Origin: Candidatus Tayloriibacteriota bacterium
GTDB taxonomy: Bacteria > Patescibacteriota > Minisyncoccia > Phycocordibacterales > SIBU01
Length of the DNA stretch: 64,000 nucleotides
Assembly (NCBI GenBank): GCA_009695005.1
Contig: SIBU01000001.1
Span: forward strand, 77-64,076
Direction of reading: 5' to 3'
The position numbers and the translations under genes were made by a program. Shown one piece after another: positions 49,159-57,017 of this stretch. The notes beneath the pieces were generated by a model. That model searched no databases, was not told the DNA's origin, and was given only the letters and a program-made list of their open reading frames with translations. Each line of letters begins with the position of its first letter. The first letter of the stretch is position 1.

Positions 49159-49806
49159 ATGGTATTTCATGTTATAACCTTATTTCCCAGTGCTTTCGAC
49201 TCTTACCTCGGGGAGTCTATTTTGAAGCGGGCGATTGAGGATAAAAAAATAAAGGTGAAGTTCTATAATCCACGTGATTTCACCGAAGATAAACATAAAC
49301 GTATCGATCGTTCTCCATATGGTGGTGGGCCGGGAATGGTGATTCAAGCTGAGCCTGTCATTAGGGCAATTCAAAATGCAAAACTTAAAATTAAAAGTAA
49401 GAATACAAAGATAATCTGGTTGTCGCCATCAGGAAAGCAATTTACGAATGAGTACGCGAAAAAAATGGCAGGGAAGTGTTCGGATATCATAATCATTTGT
49501 GGCAGGTATGAGGGCATTGATGCTCGTGTGAAAAAAGCTTTTAAGGTAGAAGAAATTTCAGTGGGACCTTTTGTACTTACTGGTGGGGAACTAGCTGCTG
49601 AGATTTTGATAGATGTCATCTCCCGCCAAGTGGAAGGTGTGCTTGGTGATTTTAATTCATTGGAAGAATCTCGCGTTGCAAGCTCGGATGTTTATACTAG
49701 ACCTGAAATTTTCGAATACAAAGGCAAAAAACTCCGCGTCCCCAAAATTCTTCTCTCCGGCCACCGCGCTAAAATTGACGAATGGAAATTAAAACACAAT
49801 AAATAA
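49159..49806 (+). CDS. trmD: tRNA (guanine37-N1)-methyltransferase
   Basis: VITLFPSAFDSYLGESILKRA, DRSPYGGGPGMV, IICGRYEGIDARV, SVGPFVLTGGELAA. ATG 49159. Confidence 0.9.
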   Translation: MVFHVITLFPSAFDSYLGESILKRAIEDKKIKVKFYNPRDFTEDKHKRIDRSPYGGGPGMVIQAEPVIRAIQNAKLKIKSKNTKIIWLSPSGKQFTNEYAKKMAGKCSDIIIICGRYEGIDARVKKAFKVEEISVGPFVLTGGELAAEILIDVISRQVEGVLGDFNSLEESRVASSDVYTRPEIFEYKGKKLRVPKILLSGHRAKIDEWKLKHNK

Positions 49807-49909
49807 ATCGACCTACTTTTTTGTGGTAGGTTGTTCAGACATTTCATATATTCTCTTGTTAGAGTGAATAGGGCAACAAGAATAATTTTACAAGTAGAAA
49901 TTTTGTAGA

Positions 49910-50611
49910 TTAGATTTCGTAGATAACATCCTTTCTTTCCACAACCACTTTCCATTTGTTCATTTTGGCGTAACGGTAGAGTAGCTGATTCGGATTGAAA
50001 CAAATCGCGGTGTCGACAAGTTCGAGCATAGGTATGTCACCCTCGGTATCGCCCACGCCAATCGAGCCTTTAAGTGTGAGCTTTTCCTTCGCGACAGCAC
50101 GGCGAACAATGTTTGCCTTGTTTGCAATCAGGTGTAAATCTACAACCTCACCTGTAAATTCATCTGAAGGACCAAGTTCGTAAAATCTGCCGTAAATTTT
50201 ATTGAAACCAAGACGTTTACAGAAAGCATCTAGTAATCCCTTTGGAGATTGAGAAATTGCTAAAAGATAGTAACCTCTTTTTTTGAGTTTTTTAACCAGA
50301 TCTCTTGTGTAGCGATAAACTTTATCTTTGTTTTCGATAACTACCTCTAAGCCTATTTTTTCAAAGTCAGAATAATTGACGCCCTTTAAATTTTGCATAA
50401 AAGCTTCAATTACTGCCTCAATGTAATCCTCGTAGCTTCCTTTGCGGTTTACCCAATTACTGTATTGTCGTTCGTAAAGCGATTTACTATTTTTGGGAAA
50501 TATCCCTTCCTTGATTAAAGCTTCAACAAGTTCAATCAAAAGACTTGAACGGAAGATGGTACCGTCAATATCAAAAATTGCAACTTTTCTATGCACGGAG
50601 TTTTTTATCAT
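49910..50611 (-). CDS. HAD-superfamily hydrolase (subfamily IB, SerB-like)
   Basis: VAIFDIDGTIF (motif I DxDxT), LLAISQSP (motif II), GVGDTEGDIPML (motif IV). Confidence 0.75.
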   Translation of the reverse strand: MIKNSVHRKVAIFDIDGTIFRSSLLIELVEALIKEGIFPKNSKSLYERQYSNWVNRKGSYEDYIEAVIEAFMQNLKGVNYSDFEKIGLEVVIENKDKVYRYTRDLVKKLKKRGYYLLAISQSPKGLLDAFCKRLGFNKIYGRFYELGPSDEFTGEVVDLHLIANKANIVRRAVAKEKLTLKGSIGVGDTEGDIPMLELVDTAICFNPNQLLYRYAKMNKWKVVVERKDVIYEI

Positions 50612-50790
50612 AAAGTTTTATAAAGTTCGGCATTTGTGAATGAAGTGGATGGGGAAGAGTGTCTAGTGTAAACCATTTTACTTCATCAAATTTGTGAGGT
50701 TCGCCGTTTTTACCATACGAGGAAATTTCCTTTACCGTCATTGCAGTAGAAAACCACACAGATTCCAGGATAGTCCACTCCTTTTTTCAT
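50589..50790 (-). pseudogene. Nudix hydrolase remnant lacking the Nudix box
   Basis: The ATG at 50790 gives MKKGVDYPGICVVFYCNDGKGNFLVW and then a stop (50712-50710). A shifted frame continues KNGEPHKFDEVKWFTLDTLPHPLHSQ..., typical of a Nudix C-terminus. The ~70-aa core with GX5EX7REUXEEXGU is absent. Confidence 0.6.
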
Positions 50791-50972
50791 GCTGACATTT
50801 TATCACAGAATACATCTTGTGTTTCGATGTTCTATGTGGTACGATTGGAAAGGTTTTGAAATTTGAATGCATGCGAAAGTTCCTCCATACGTCTTCGTGC
50901 GTTGGGGCGTGTGAATTGTCGGTGAGCGAGATTGGCTTCTCGACCCGAACTGGCTGGTGTGTATTCATTGGG

Positions 50973-51008
50973 GACGGCTCCTGCAATTATATTCATGGTG
51001 GAGCCGTC
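50973..51008. other. Perfect 9-bp hairpin in an orphan GC-rich spacer
   Basis: Stem gacggctcc / ggagccgtc with an 18-nt loop. Confidence 0.5.
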
Positions 51009-51063
51009 TTCCTACTATTTTGGACGCTCGTTTTCCATGGCTGGTAACGTGTGTCTTGTGCGG

Positions 51064-51100
51064 GGCCGATCGTTGTTTACGATCGGCCTTTCCTCGTTCT
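51064..51100 (+). terminator. Terminator-like hairpin ending an unassigned plus-strand transcript
   Basis: Perfect 9-bp stem ggccgatcg / cgatcggcc with a 7-nt loop, followed by tttcctcgttctgtt. Confidence 0.5.
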
Positions 51101-51102
51101 GT

Positions 51103-51111
51103 TGATATAAT
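51103..51111 (+). promoter_or_regulatory. Extended -10 promoter (TGaTATAAT) for the metK leader
   Basis: tgaTATAAT, directly followed by a second overlapping TATAAT. Confidence 0.5.
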
Positions 51112-51147
51112 ATAATTGATTTGATAGACTAGGGTTACAATTTAATA

Positions 51148-51300
51148 ATTATCAAGAAGACGTGAAGAGCATCTGGCTCGTTGATACGTCTAGCAACTTG
51201 GTCCAAGCGAATGCGAGGAACAAAGTGCTCACCAGAGATCCCTTCGGGGAAAGATAATGTCGATTACATCTTTCCGCGTAATGCGGATTTTTAATTTATT
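51148..51300 (+). promoter_or_regulatory. SAM-I (S-box) riboswitch with terminator/antiterminator expression platform
   Basis: P1: attatc (51148-53) pairs with gataat (51253-58). AAGAAGACGUGAAGAGCAUCUGGCUCGUUGAUACGUCUAGCAAC aligns to the consensus AAGAGAGGUGGAGGGACUGGCCCGAUGAAACCCGGCAACC. GUGCUCACCAG; P4 is UCCC-UUCG-GGGA. Antiterminator: ggaaagat (51248-55) pairs with atctttcc (51268-75). Terminator: tccgc/gcgga plus a U-run (51273-51292). Confidence 0.85.
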
Positions 51301-51304
51301 TTTT

Positions 51305-52366
51305 ATGACAAGAAAACTAAATGATACATATACAGTAGAGAGTGTGACTTGTGGCCATCCGGATAAAGTGTGCGATCAGATTTCAGATGCGATTTTAGAT
51401 GCTTGCTTAGAACAGGATCCAAAAAGTCGAGTAGCGGTGGAAACTTTCGGTAGTCACGGACATTTGGTTATAGGAGGTGAGATTACAAGTAAGGCTAAAG
51501 TTAACTACAAAAAAATCGCAGCGCAAGTTTACAAAGATATTGGTTACACAAAAAAACTGGATATTCATGAATACTTGGTAGCACAATCTCCCGATATTGC
51601 TCAAGGTGTAGATACTGGGGGTGCGGGGGATCAGGGAATAATGTATGGTTTCGCCACCAACGCAACTCCTGAGTTTTTGCCACTTGGTGTGGTGCTGGTT
51701 CATAAGCTTGCTAAGGGTTTGGAAGATCTTCGAACAAGTGGAAAAGTGAAATGGTTGAAACCTGATGGAAAAACTCAAGTAACTTTCCTAGACGGAAAAA
51801 TCAGGACTGTTTTGGTAAGTTGCCAGCATGATAAAAAAATAACACAAGAGGAAATTAAAAAAACAATTACAGAAAAATTGATAAAGCCTGTGCTCGGTAA
51901 ACTTTTTGAAGGGGTTGAAATTCTGGTGAATCCTACAGGTCTTTTTGTTCAAGGTGGTTTTGAAGCCGATGCCGGACTGACAGGCCGAAAAATTATTGTT
52001 GATACTTATGGCGGATTGGTACCTCATGGAGGAGGTTGTTTTTCAGGAAAGGATCTTACCAAAGTTGATAGGTCTGGGGCATATATGTGCAGATTTGTTG
52101 CAAAGAATATGGTGGCTAATGGTTTAGCAAAAGAGTGTATGGTTTCTGTAGCTTATGCCATAGGTCACATCGAACCTTTAATGGTTTATGCAGTTGATGA
52201 GAATGGGAATGACCTTTCTCATGTTGTGCGAAAGCATTTTGATTTTCGTCCCGCCGAAATTATTAAACGACTAAAACTTCTTCGACCAATTTATCGAAAG
52301 ACTGCAGCTTATGGCCATTTTGGGAAAAAGGGAATGCCATGGGAAGAGGTGATTAAACTTGTCTAG
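51305..52366 (+). CDS. metK: S-adenosylmethionine synthetase
   Basis: VESVTCGHPDKVCDQISDAILD, GAGDQGIMYGFA, DTYGG..PHGGGCFSGKD, YGHFG. ATG 51305; the track start at 51257 lies inside the riboswitch. Confidence 0.9.
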   Translation: MTRKLNDTYTVESVTCGHPDKVCDQISDAILDACLEQDPKSRVAVETFGSHGHLVIGGEITSKAKVNYKKIAAQVYKDIGYTKKLDIHEYLVAQSPDIAQGVDTGGAGDQGIMYGFATNATPEFLPLGVVLVHKLAKGLEDLRTSGKVKWLKPDGKTQVTFLDGKIRTVLVSCQHDKKITQEEIKKTITEKLIKPVLGKLFEGVEILVNPTGLFVQGGFEADAGLTGRKIIVDTYGGLVPHGGGCFSGKDLTKVDRSGAYMCRFVAKNMVANGLAKECMVSVAYAIGHIEPLMVYAVDENGNDLSHVVRKHFDFRPAEIIKRLKLLRPIYRKTAAYGHFGKKGMPWEEVIKLV

Positions 52367-52413
52367 ATTTGAAAATAAGATTGATGATTATTGAGTATAA
52401 AAAGATAGATAAA

Positions 52414-52447
52414 AATACCCCGCCCGACATAAGTCGGGCGGGGTATT
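52414..52447. terminator. Bidirectional terminator
   Basis: Perfect 15-bp stem aataccccgcccgac / gtcgggcggggtatt with an ataa loop, flanked by A- and T-runs. Sits between convergent genes. Confidence 0.85.
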
Positions 52448-52471
52448 TTAAATTTAATTTGAATATTGATT

Positions 52472-52999
52472 TTATTTCACTACGATAGCTCCCTGTTCTT
52501 TGTTCCCATTAAGATTGTAATATAACCATGTACCAGGTAGGGTAAATGCGAAAAAGAATTTTCCACCTTTTCCAAGTGGGCCACCTTCTTGCGAAAATCC
52601 AGGGTAAAAATTGTCCGGACTTTCGTCGTGTGAACGAATGACCATTGTTTGATCGCTGGTGTTCAAAAACTCAACGCTTTCACCTTGTTTAATTGTAAGT
52701 ACCGAAGGCTTAAATCCTTGATTGGTATACTCAATAATATTGCTTGCCGGCTTTTTTGTAACCATAGCAGGTCTGTATGTTTTCTTCACTACTGCTGGTA
52801 CCTTAACCACCGTGACCGGGACAGGTTCAGTTTTTACTTCTTTTGCTTCTGTGGTTGTTGAGATCGGATCCACGATGTTTTGAATATCGGATATCTTTGG
52901 ATCAACATTATCCTTTTTTGAAATAAGCACGAGGCCTATAACAGCAATAACGGCTACAGTAGCCCATATCCACTTCATATTTTGATTCATATTTTCCAT
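52472..52999 (-). CDS. Membrane-anchored cupredoxin-like domain protein
   Basis: N-terminal TM (WIWATVAVIAVIGLVLI). C-terminal FKPSVLTIKQGESVEFLNTSDQTMVIRSHD...GTWLYYNLNGNKEQGAIVV fits a cupredoxin beta-sandwich pattern. Copper ligands are not evident. Confidence 0.5.
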   Translation of the reverse strand: MENMNQNMKWIWATVAVIAVIGLVLISKKDNVDPKISDIQNIVDPISTTTEAKEVKTEPVPVTVVKVPAVVKKTYRPAMVTKKPASNIIEYTNQGFKPSVLTIKQGESVEFLNTSDQTMVIRSHDESPDNFYPGFSQEGGPLGKGGKFFFAFTLPGTWLYYNLNGNKEQGAIVVK

Positions 53000-53163
53000 A
53001 TTTAATGCGTCGGTTGTTTGTATAAATACGACAACAATACTATACAGTTATATTGGTAAAAAGTCAATTTTATCTACATTTACCTAAAAATATGAGTAGT
53101 CTACTATTGTAACCTTGTTTGAGTATAGAGTATACTTTTAAATGTATAAGATAATTTACAAGT

Positions 53164-53880
53164 ATGAATAGAAATACAAACGTTGGTATTGTAGTAGTTG
53201 TTGTTTTACTCATTTTGAGCGTTGGGTATAGAACTTATCAAAGAACCGAGGTTGTTTATGTTGAGCCGTCAGTAAAAATTGACTCAACAGGTGGAACCTT
53301 AAAAATTAATGAAACTCCAATTCCAAAGGAAGCTTCTCAGGGTTCCGTGAAAGATCCTGCACAAGAAACATTAAAGCCCGTAACAATAAATAAAACAGAA
53401 ACAAAAAATATGAATAAAGTTACAATCGATACAAGCATGGGGAAAATAGTTTTGGAATTATACCCTGAGGACGCACCTCTCGCTTCAAAAAATTTCATTA
53501 CTTTGGCAGAAAAGGGATTTTATAACGGGGTAATTTTTCATCGGGTTATTCCGGGGTTTATGATTCAAGGTGGTGATCCTCAAGGTCTTGGTACCGGAGG
53601 TCCAGGTTATAAATTTGCCGATGAACTTAGTCCAAATACTCCATCTGCCAAGGTTGGATATCAGAAAGGTGTATTGGCAATGGCAAACTCTGGCCCTAAC
53701 ACTAACGGTAGTCAATTTTTTATTATGCTGGCCAATAATCCTCTACCACACAGTTATACAATTTTTGGTCATGTTGTTTCTGGTCAGGAGGTTGTAGATA
53801 GTATTGGTGGAGTTAAGACTGGACCAAACGATAGGCCTGTAACTTCGGTGGTTATGAAGACAGTTACTGTCGAGAAGTAA
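53164..53880 (+). CDS. Cyclophilin-type peptidyl-prolyl isomerase with an N-terminal membrane anchor
   Basis: FHRVIPGFMIQGGDP, GTGGPGY, MANSGPNTNGSQFFI. N-terminal TM (VGIVVVVVLLILSVG). Confidence 0.9.
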   Translation: MNRNTNVGIVVVVVLLILSVGYRTYQRTEVVYVEPSVKIDSTGGTLKINETPIPKEASQGSVKDPAQETLKPVTINKTETKNMNKVTIDTSMGKIVLELYPEDAPLASKNFITLAEKGFYNGVIFHRVIPGFMIQGGDPQGLGTGGPGYKFADELSPNTPSAKVGYQKGVLAMANSGPNTNGSQFFIMLANNPLPHSYTIFGHVVSGQEVVDSIGGVKTGPNDRPVTSVVMKTVTVEK

Positions 53881-54152
53881 ATTAAGATTATTCTAATTTT
53901 GACACCTAGATAGAGTAATGCGAATTTGTCTCTAATCTACGATGATTTTCAAATCCGATTGATTTCGGAAGCTTATGTTAGACCGTGTATTTTGTATGGT
54001 TTTTTATTCAGTATTAACTTTGCCAGAATTTTTTGTGTAAAGTGAAAGATTTAACAACTGGCCTTAAATCTTGGCGCTATTTTAGCCTAGACTGAAGTAA
54101 AAGTGCCTAAGTAGTTCTCTGCTAGATTTGTATATTTTGTAGTTACATCTGG

Positions 54153-54161
54153 TGGTATAAT
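54153..54161 (+). promoter_or_regulatory. Extended -10 (TGgTATAAT) 6 nt upstream of ATG 54168
   Basis: tggTATAAT, then aggggc, then ATG. Confidence 0.5.
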
Positions 54162-54167
54162 AGGGGC

Positions 54168-55103
54168 ATGAAATTAGAATATATGAAAAGAAATCTTCCG
54201 AACATAATTCCCGCTTGTATCGTATTTGTGCTTTTGGCTATCATAATTATATACGCTTTTGTGCAGATTTTTTCTCTAAAAGATGACGTTGCGCGTCTAA
54301 CTTCCCATTTGGCGTCGACAACTGAAACTTTGTCACGGAACACTTCGACTCTCGAAGGTAATATTTCAGATTTGCGTTCTCAGGCAACAGGACTTTCAAC
54401 TTCAATTAGTAACACACAGCAAAATATCGACGCCGTTAAAACACAGGTCGGTGGTGTCGAACAAACTGTAGGTTCAATTTCTGGTACTGTTGGAACTTTG
54501 AAAAAATTATCTCAAACTGATCCTGAGCTTTTGAGAAAATATTCAAAAGTGTATTTTATGAATGAAAATTATGTACCCGCTCATCTACTCGAAGTACCTA
54601 AGGAATATCTCTATAGTTCCCTTCGTGCAGAACGGTATTTGACCGAGTCATGGCCGTTTCTTAAGGTAATGTTAGACGCTGCAAAAAATCAGAATGTGCC
54701 GATTATGATTAAGTCAGCTTACCGATCGTTCGGTGAGCAACAATCCCTAAAATCATCTTACTCAGTTATTTACGGAGCCGATACCGCAAATTCATTCTCA
54801 GCGGATCAAGGTTATTCTGAACATCAACTCGGAACTACTTTGGATTTTATTACAAGCGGGTTAGGAGGTCAGCTTGACGACAAGTTTGATAAAACAGAAG
54901 CTTACAAATGGCTTGTTGCAAACGCATACAATTTTGGATTTGTGACTTCTTATCCCAAAGGCAACAACTATTATGTCTACGAGCCATGGCACTGGCGTTT
55001 TGTTGGAGTGAAACTATCCAGATATTTACATGATAGAAAAATAAATTTTTACGATTTAGATCAGAGAGAAATTGATACATATTTGGCAGAGACATTTGAT
55101 TGA
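54168..55103 (+). CDS. VanY/M15B-family D-alanyl-D-alanine carboxypeptidase
   Basis: N-terminal TM and a coiled region. SAYRSFGEQQSL, SEHQLGTTLDF and EPWHWRFVG are the M15B zinc and catalytic motifs. Confidence 0.85.
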   Translation: MKLEYMKRNLPNIIPACIVFVLLAIIIIYAFVQIFSLKDDVARLTSHLASTTETLSRNTSTLEGNISDLRSQATGLSTSISNTQQNIDAVKTQVGGVEQTVGSISGTVGTLKKLSQTDPELLRKYSKVYFMNENYVPAHLLEVPKEYLYSSLRAERYLTESWPFLKVMLDAAKNQNVPIMIKSAYRSFGEQQSLKSSYSVIYGADTANSFSADQGYSEHQLGTTLDFITSGLGGQLDDKFDKTEAYKWLVANAYNFGFVTSYPKGNNYYVYEPWHWRFVGVKLSRYLHDRKINFYDLDQREIDTYLAETFD

Positions 55104-55154
55104 AATTTTGGTGGATAGGATGTCTAGAACGCCTATTATTAATTTATTAATTAA

Positions 55155-55163
55155 TGTTATAAT
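55155..55163 (+). promoter_or_regulatory. Extended -10 (TGtTATAAT) 8 nt upstream of ATG 55172
   Basis: tgtTATAAT, then ttaaaact, then ATG. Confidence 0.45.
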
Positions 55164-55171
55164 TTAAAACT

Positions 55172-56086
55172 ATGAAAAATACACTTATAACAATTTTGGT
55201 AGTTGCGGTTGTGGGACTAGGTGCTTATATGTTGTTTCAGACACCATCTGATAAGGTGCCAGTAACACAGGACAGTTCGGTAAATACTACTCAAGCTGAT
55301 GGAAACACTCAGACCGACGCTTCTGTTGTGAAGAAGGAAAATAAAGAAAAGACTGTTATCGGTAAGTCTGTCGGAGGACGAGATATTGTCGCCTACCATT
55401 TCGGTACGGGTAATTCCGAAATATTATTTGTCGGAGGCATTCATGGAGGTTATGAATGGAATACTTCCTTGGTTGCGTATGAAGCAATGGATTATTTTAA
55501 GGCAAATCTTTCCATCATTCCTGCAAATGTAAAAATTACGGTTATTCCTGTTTTAAATCCGGATGGACTTTATAAGGTGGTAGGAACAACCGAAAAGTTT
55601 AGCGCTTCACAAGTGTCTCCTTCACAGACGATTCAGACTGCGGGACGCTTTAATGCAAATAATGTAGACCTTAATCGAAATTTTGATTGTGATTGGAAAT
55701 CTACTGCTAAGTGGCAAAGTAGGACCGTCAGCGGTGGGAGCTCGATGTTTTCTGAGCCTGAAAGTTTGGCAATCAAATCTTATGTAGAGGTCAATAAACC
55801 TACAGCTGTGATTACTTGGTACAGTGCTGCAGGTGGAGTTTATTCTTCAAGTTGTGAGACGGGTATTTCTTCCGAGACAAAAACTATTACAAAGAAATAT
55901 GCTGATGCCTCTGGTTATCCTTCATATGAAAGTTTTGATTCTTACGAGACCACCGGAGATATGGTCAACTGGTTCGCCAAGAACAGTATTCCAGCAATCA
56001 GCGTATTACTTACAAATCATGAGGATACTGAATGGACAAAGAATAAGGCAGGTATTGATTCCTTACTTAAATATTACGCTAAATAA
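55172..56086 (+). CDS. M14-like carboxypeptidase paralog, predicted catalytically inactive
   Basis: FVGGIHGGYEWN and DLNRNFDCDW are conserved. The third zinc ligand position reads WYS (not WHS), and the catalytic-Glu position reads SVLLT (not TVELK as in the downstream paralog). Confidence 0.7.
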   Translation: MKNTLITILVVAVVGLGAYMLFQTPSDKVPVTQDSSVNTTQADGNTQTDASVVKKENKEKTVIGKSVGGRDIVAYHFGTGNSEILFVGGIHGGYEWNTSLVAYEAMDYFKANLSIIPANVKITVIPVLNPDGLYKVVGTTEKFSASQVSPSQTIQTAGRFNANNVDLNRNFDCDWKSTAKWQSRTVSGGSSMFSEPESLAIKSYVEVNKPTAVITWYSAAGGVYSSSCETGISSETKTITKKYADASGYPSYESFDSYETTGDMVNWFAKNSIPAISVLLTNHEDTEWTKNKAGIDSLLKYYAK

Positions 56087-56970
56087 TGCGGTCGTTCTCT
56101 GTTAAGCAGGTAGCTGCAACAATAATTGTTATTACTGCGATAGGAGTTGCTGCCTTTTATCTTGTTGTTGGAACCAAAAAAATTCCCACCGAAGTTAAGG
56201 AGTCCATCTTGGCAAAAGTTTCCGGTTCAATAATTAAGACCTTGGGTAATTCTCTCGAGGGTAGGAAAATTCAAAGCTATACATACGGAACAGGGAAGAC
56301 CAATTTGTTATTTGTCGGCGGCATTCATGGAGGTTATGAATGGAACAGCGTTGTTTTGGCATACACATTTATAGATTACCTTGATGAGCATCCAGAAGTT
56401 GTTCCAGAAAATTTGACTATCACTGTAATTCCTTCGCTTAATCCAGACGGCTTACATAAGGTGGGGGGAAAGGAAGGACGTTTTGAGATTTCTGATGTAT
56501 CAACTGACAAAGCCGTTCTCGCTTCCGGTCGTTTCAACGCCCGCGAAGTGGACTTAAATCGAAACTTTGATTGTAAGTGGCAACCGAAAAGCACATGGCA
56601 ATCTAAAACTGTCAGTGCGGGTACCGCCCCGTTTTCTGAGCCTGAAGCTGTGATTTTAAAGAAAATTGTTTTGGAGAACAAATATTCAGCAGTGGTATTT
56701 TGGCATAGTCAGTCGAACGGTGTTTACGCTTCACAGTGTGAGAAGGGTATCTTGCCTGGCACACTCGACGTTATGAATATTTACTCAAAAGCTTCAGGAT
56801 ACCCTGCAGTTAAAACTTTTGACGCTTATGTCACAACAGGAGCTGCGGAAGATTGGTTGGCGTCAATCAATATTCCCGCTGTTACCGTAGAACTTAAAAC
56901 ACACGAAACTATAGAGTGGGATAAAAATTTGGCCGGCATCAAGGCGTTAATGGGAAGTTTTCAGAAATAG
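56086..56970 (+). CDS. M14-family zinc carboxypeptidase-like protein (motifs intact)
   Basis: FVGGIHGGYEWN, DLNRNFDCKW, VVFWHSQ (His ligand), AVTVELK (catalytic Glu). The start overlaps the upstream stop (TAATG). Confidence 0.75.
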   Translation: MRSFSVKQVAATIIVITAIGVAAFYLVVGTKKIPTEVKESILAKVSGSIIKTLGNSLEGRKIQSYTYGTGKTNLLFVGGIHGGYEWNSVVLAYTFIDYLDEHPEVVPENLTITVIPSLNPDGLHKVGGKEGRFEISDVSTDKAVLASGRFNAREVDLNRNFDCKWQPKSTWQSKTVSAGTAPFSEPEAVILKKIVLENKYSAVVFWHSQSNGVYASQCEKGILPGTLDVMNIYSKASGYPAVKTFDAYVTTGAAEDWLASINIPAVTVELKTHETIEWDKNLAGIKALMGSFQK

Positions 56971-57017
56971 GAGTAGAGAGGGTGGATTTATGTATTTTTT
57001 TCTGGTAAATTGTTGAT

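Noticed and set aside
54168-54182. Alternative VanY-like start at the second Met (ATG 54183)
   Set aside because: This is not excluded. However, the TGgTATAAT element 6 nt upstream of ATG 54168 fits the leaderless pattern seen at other genes, so the first ATG is kept.
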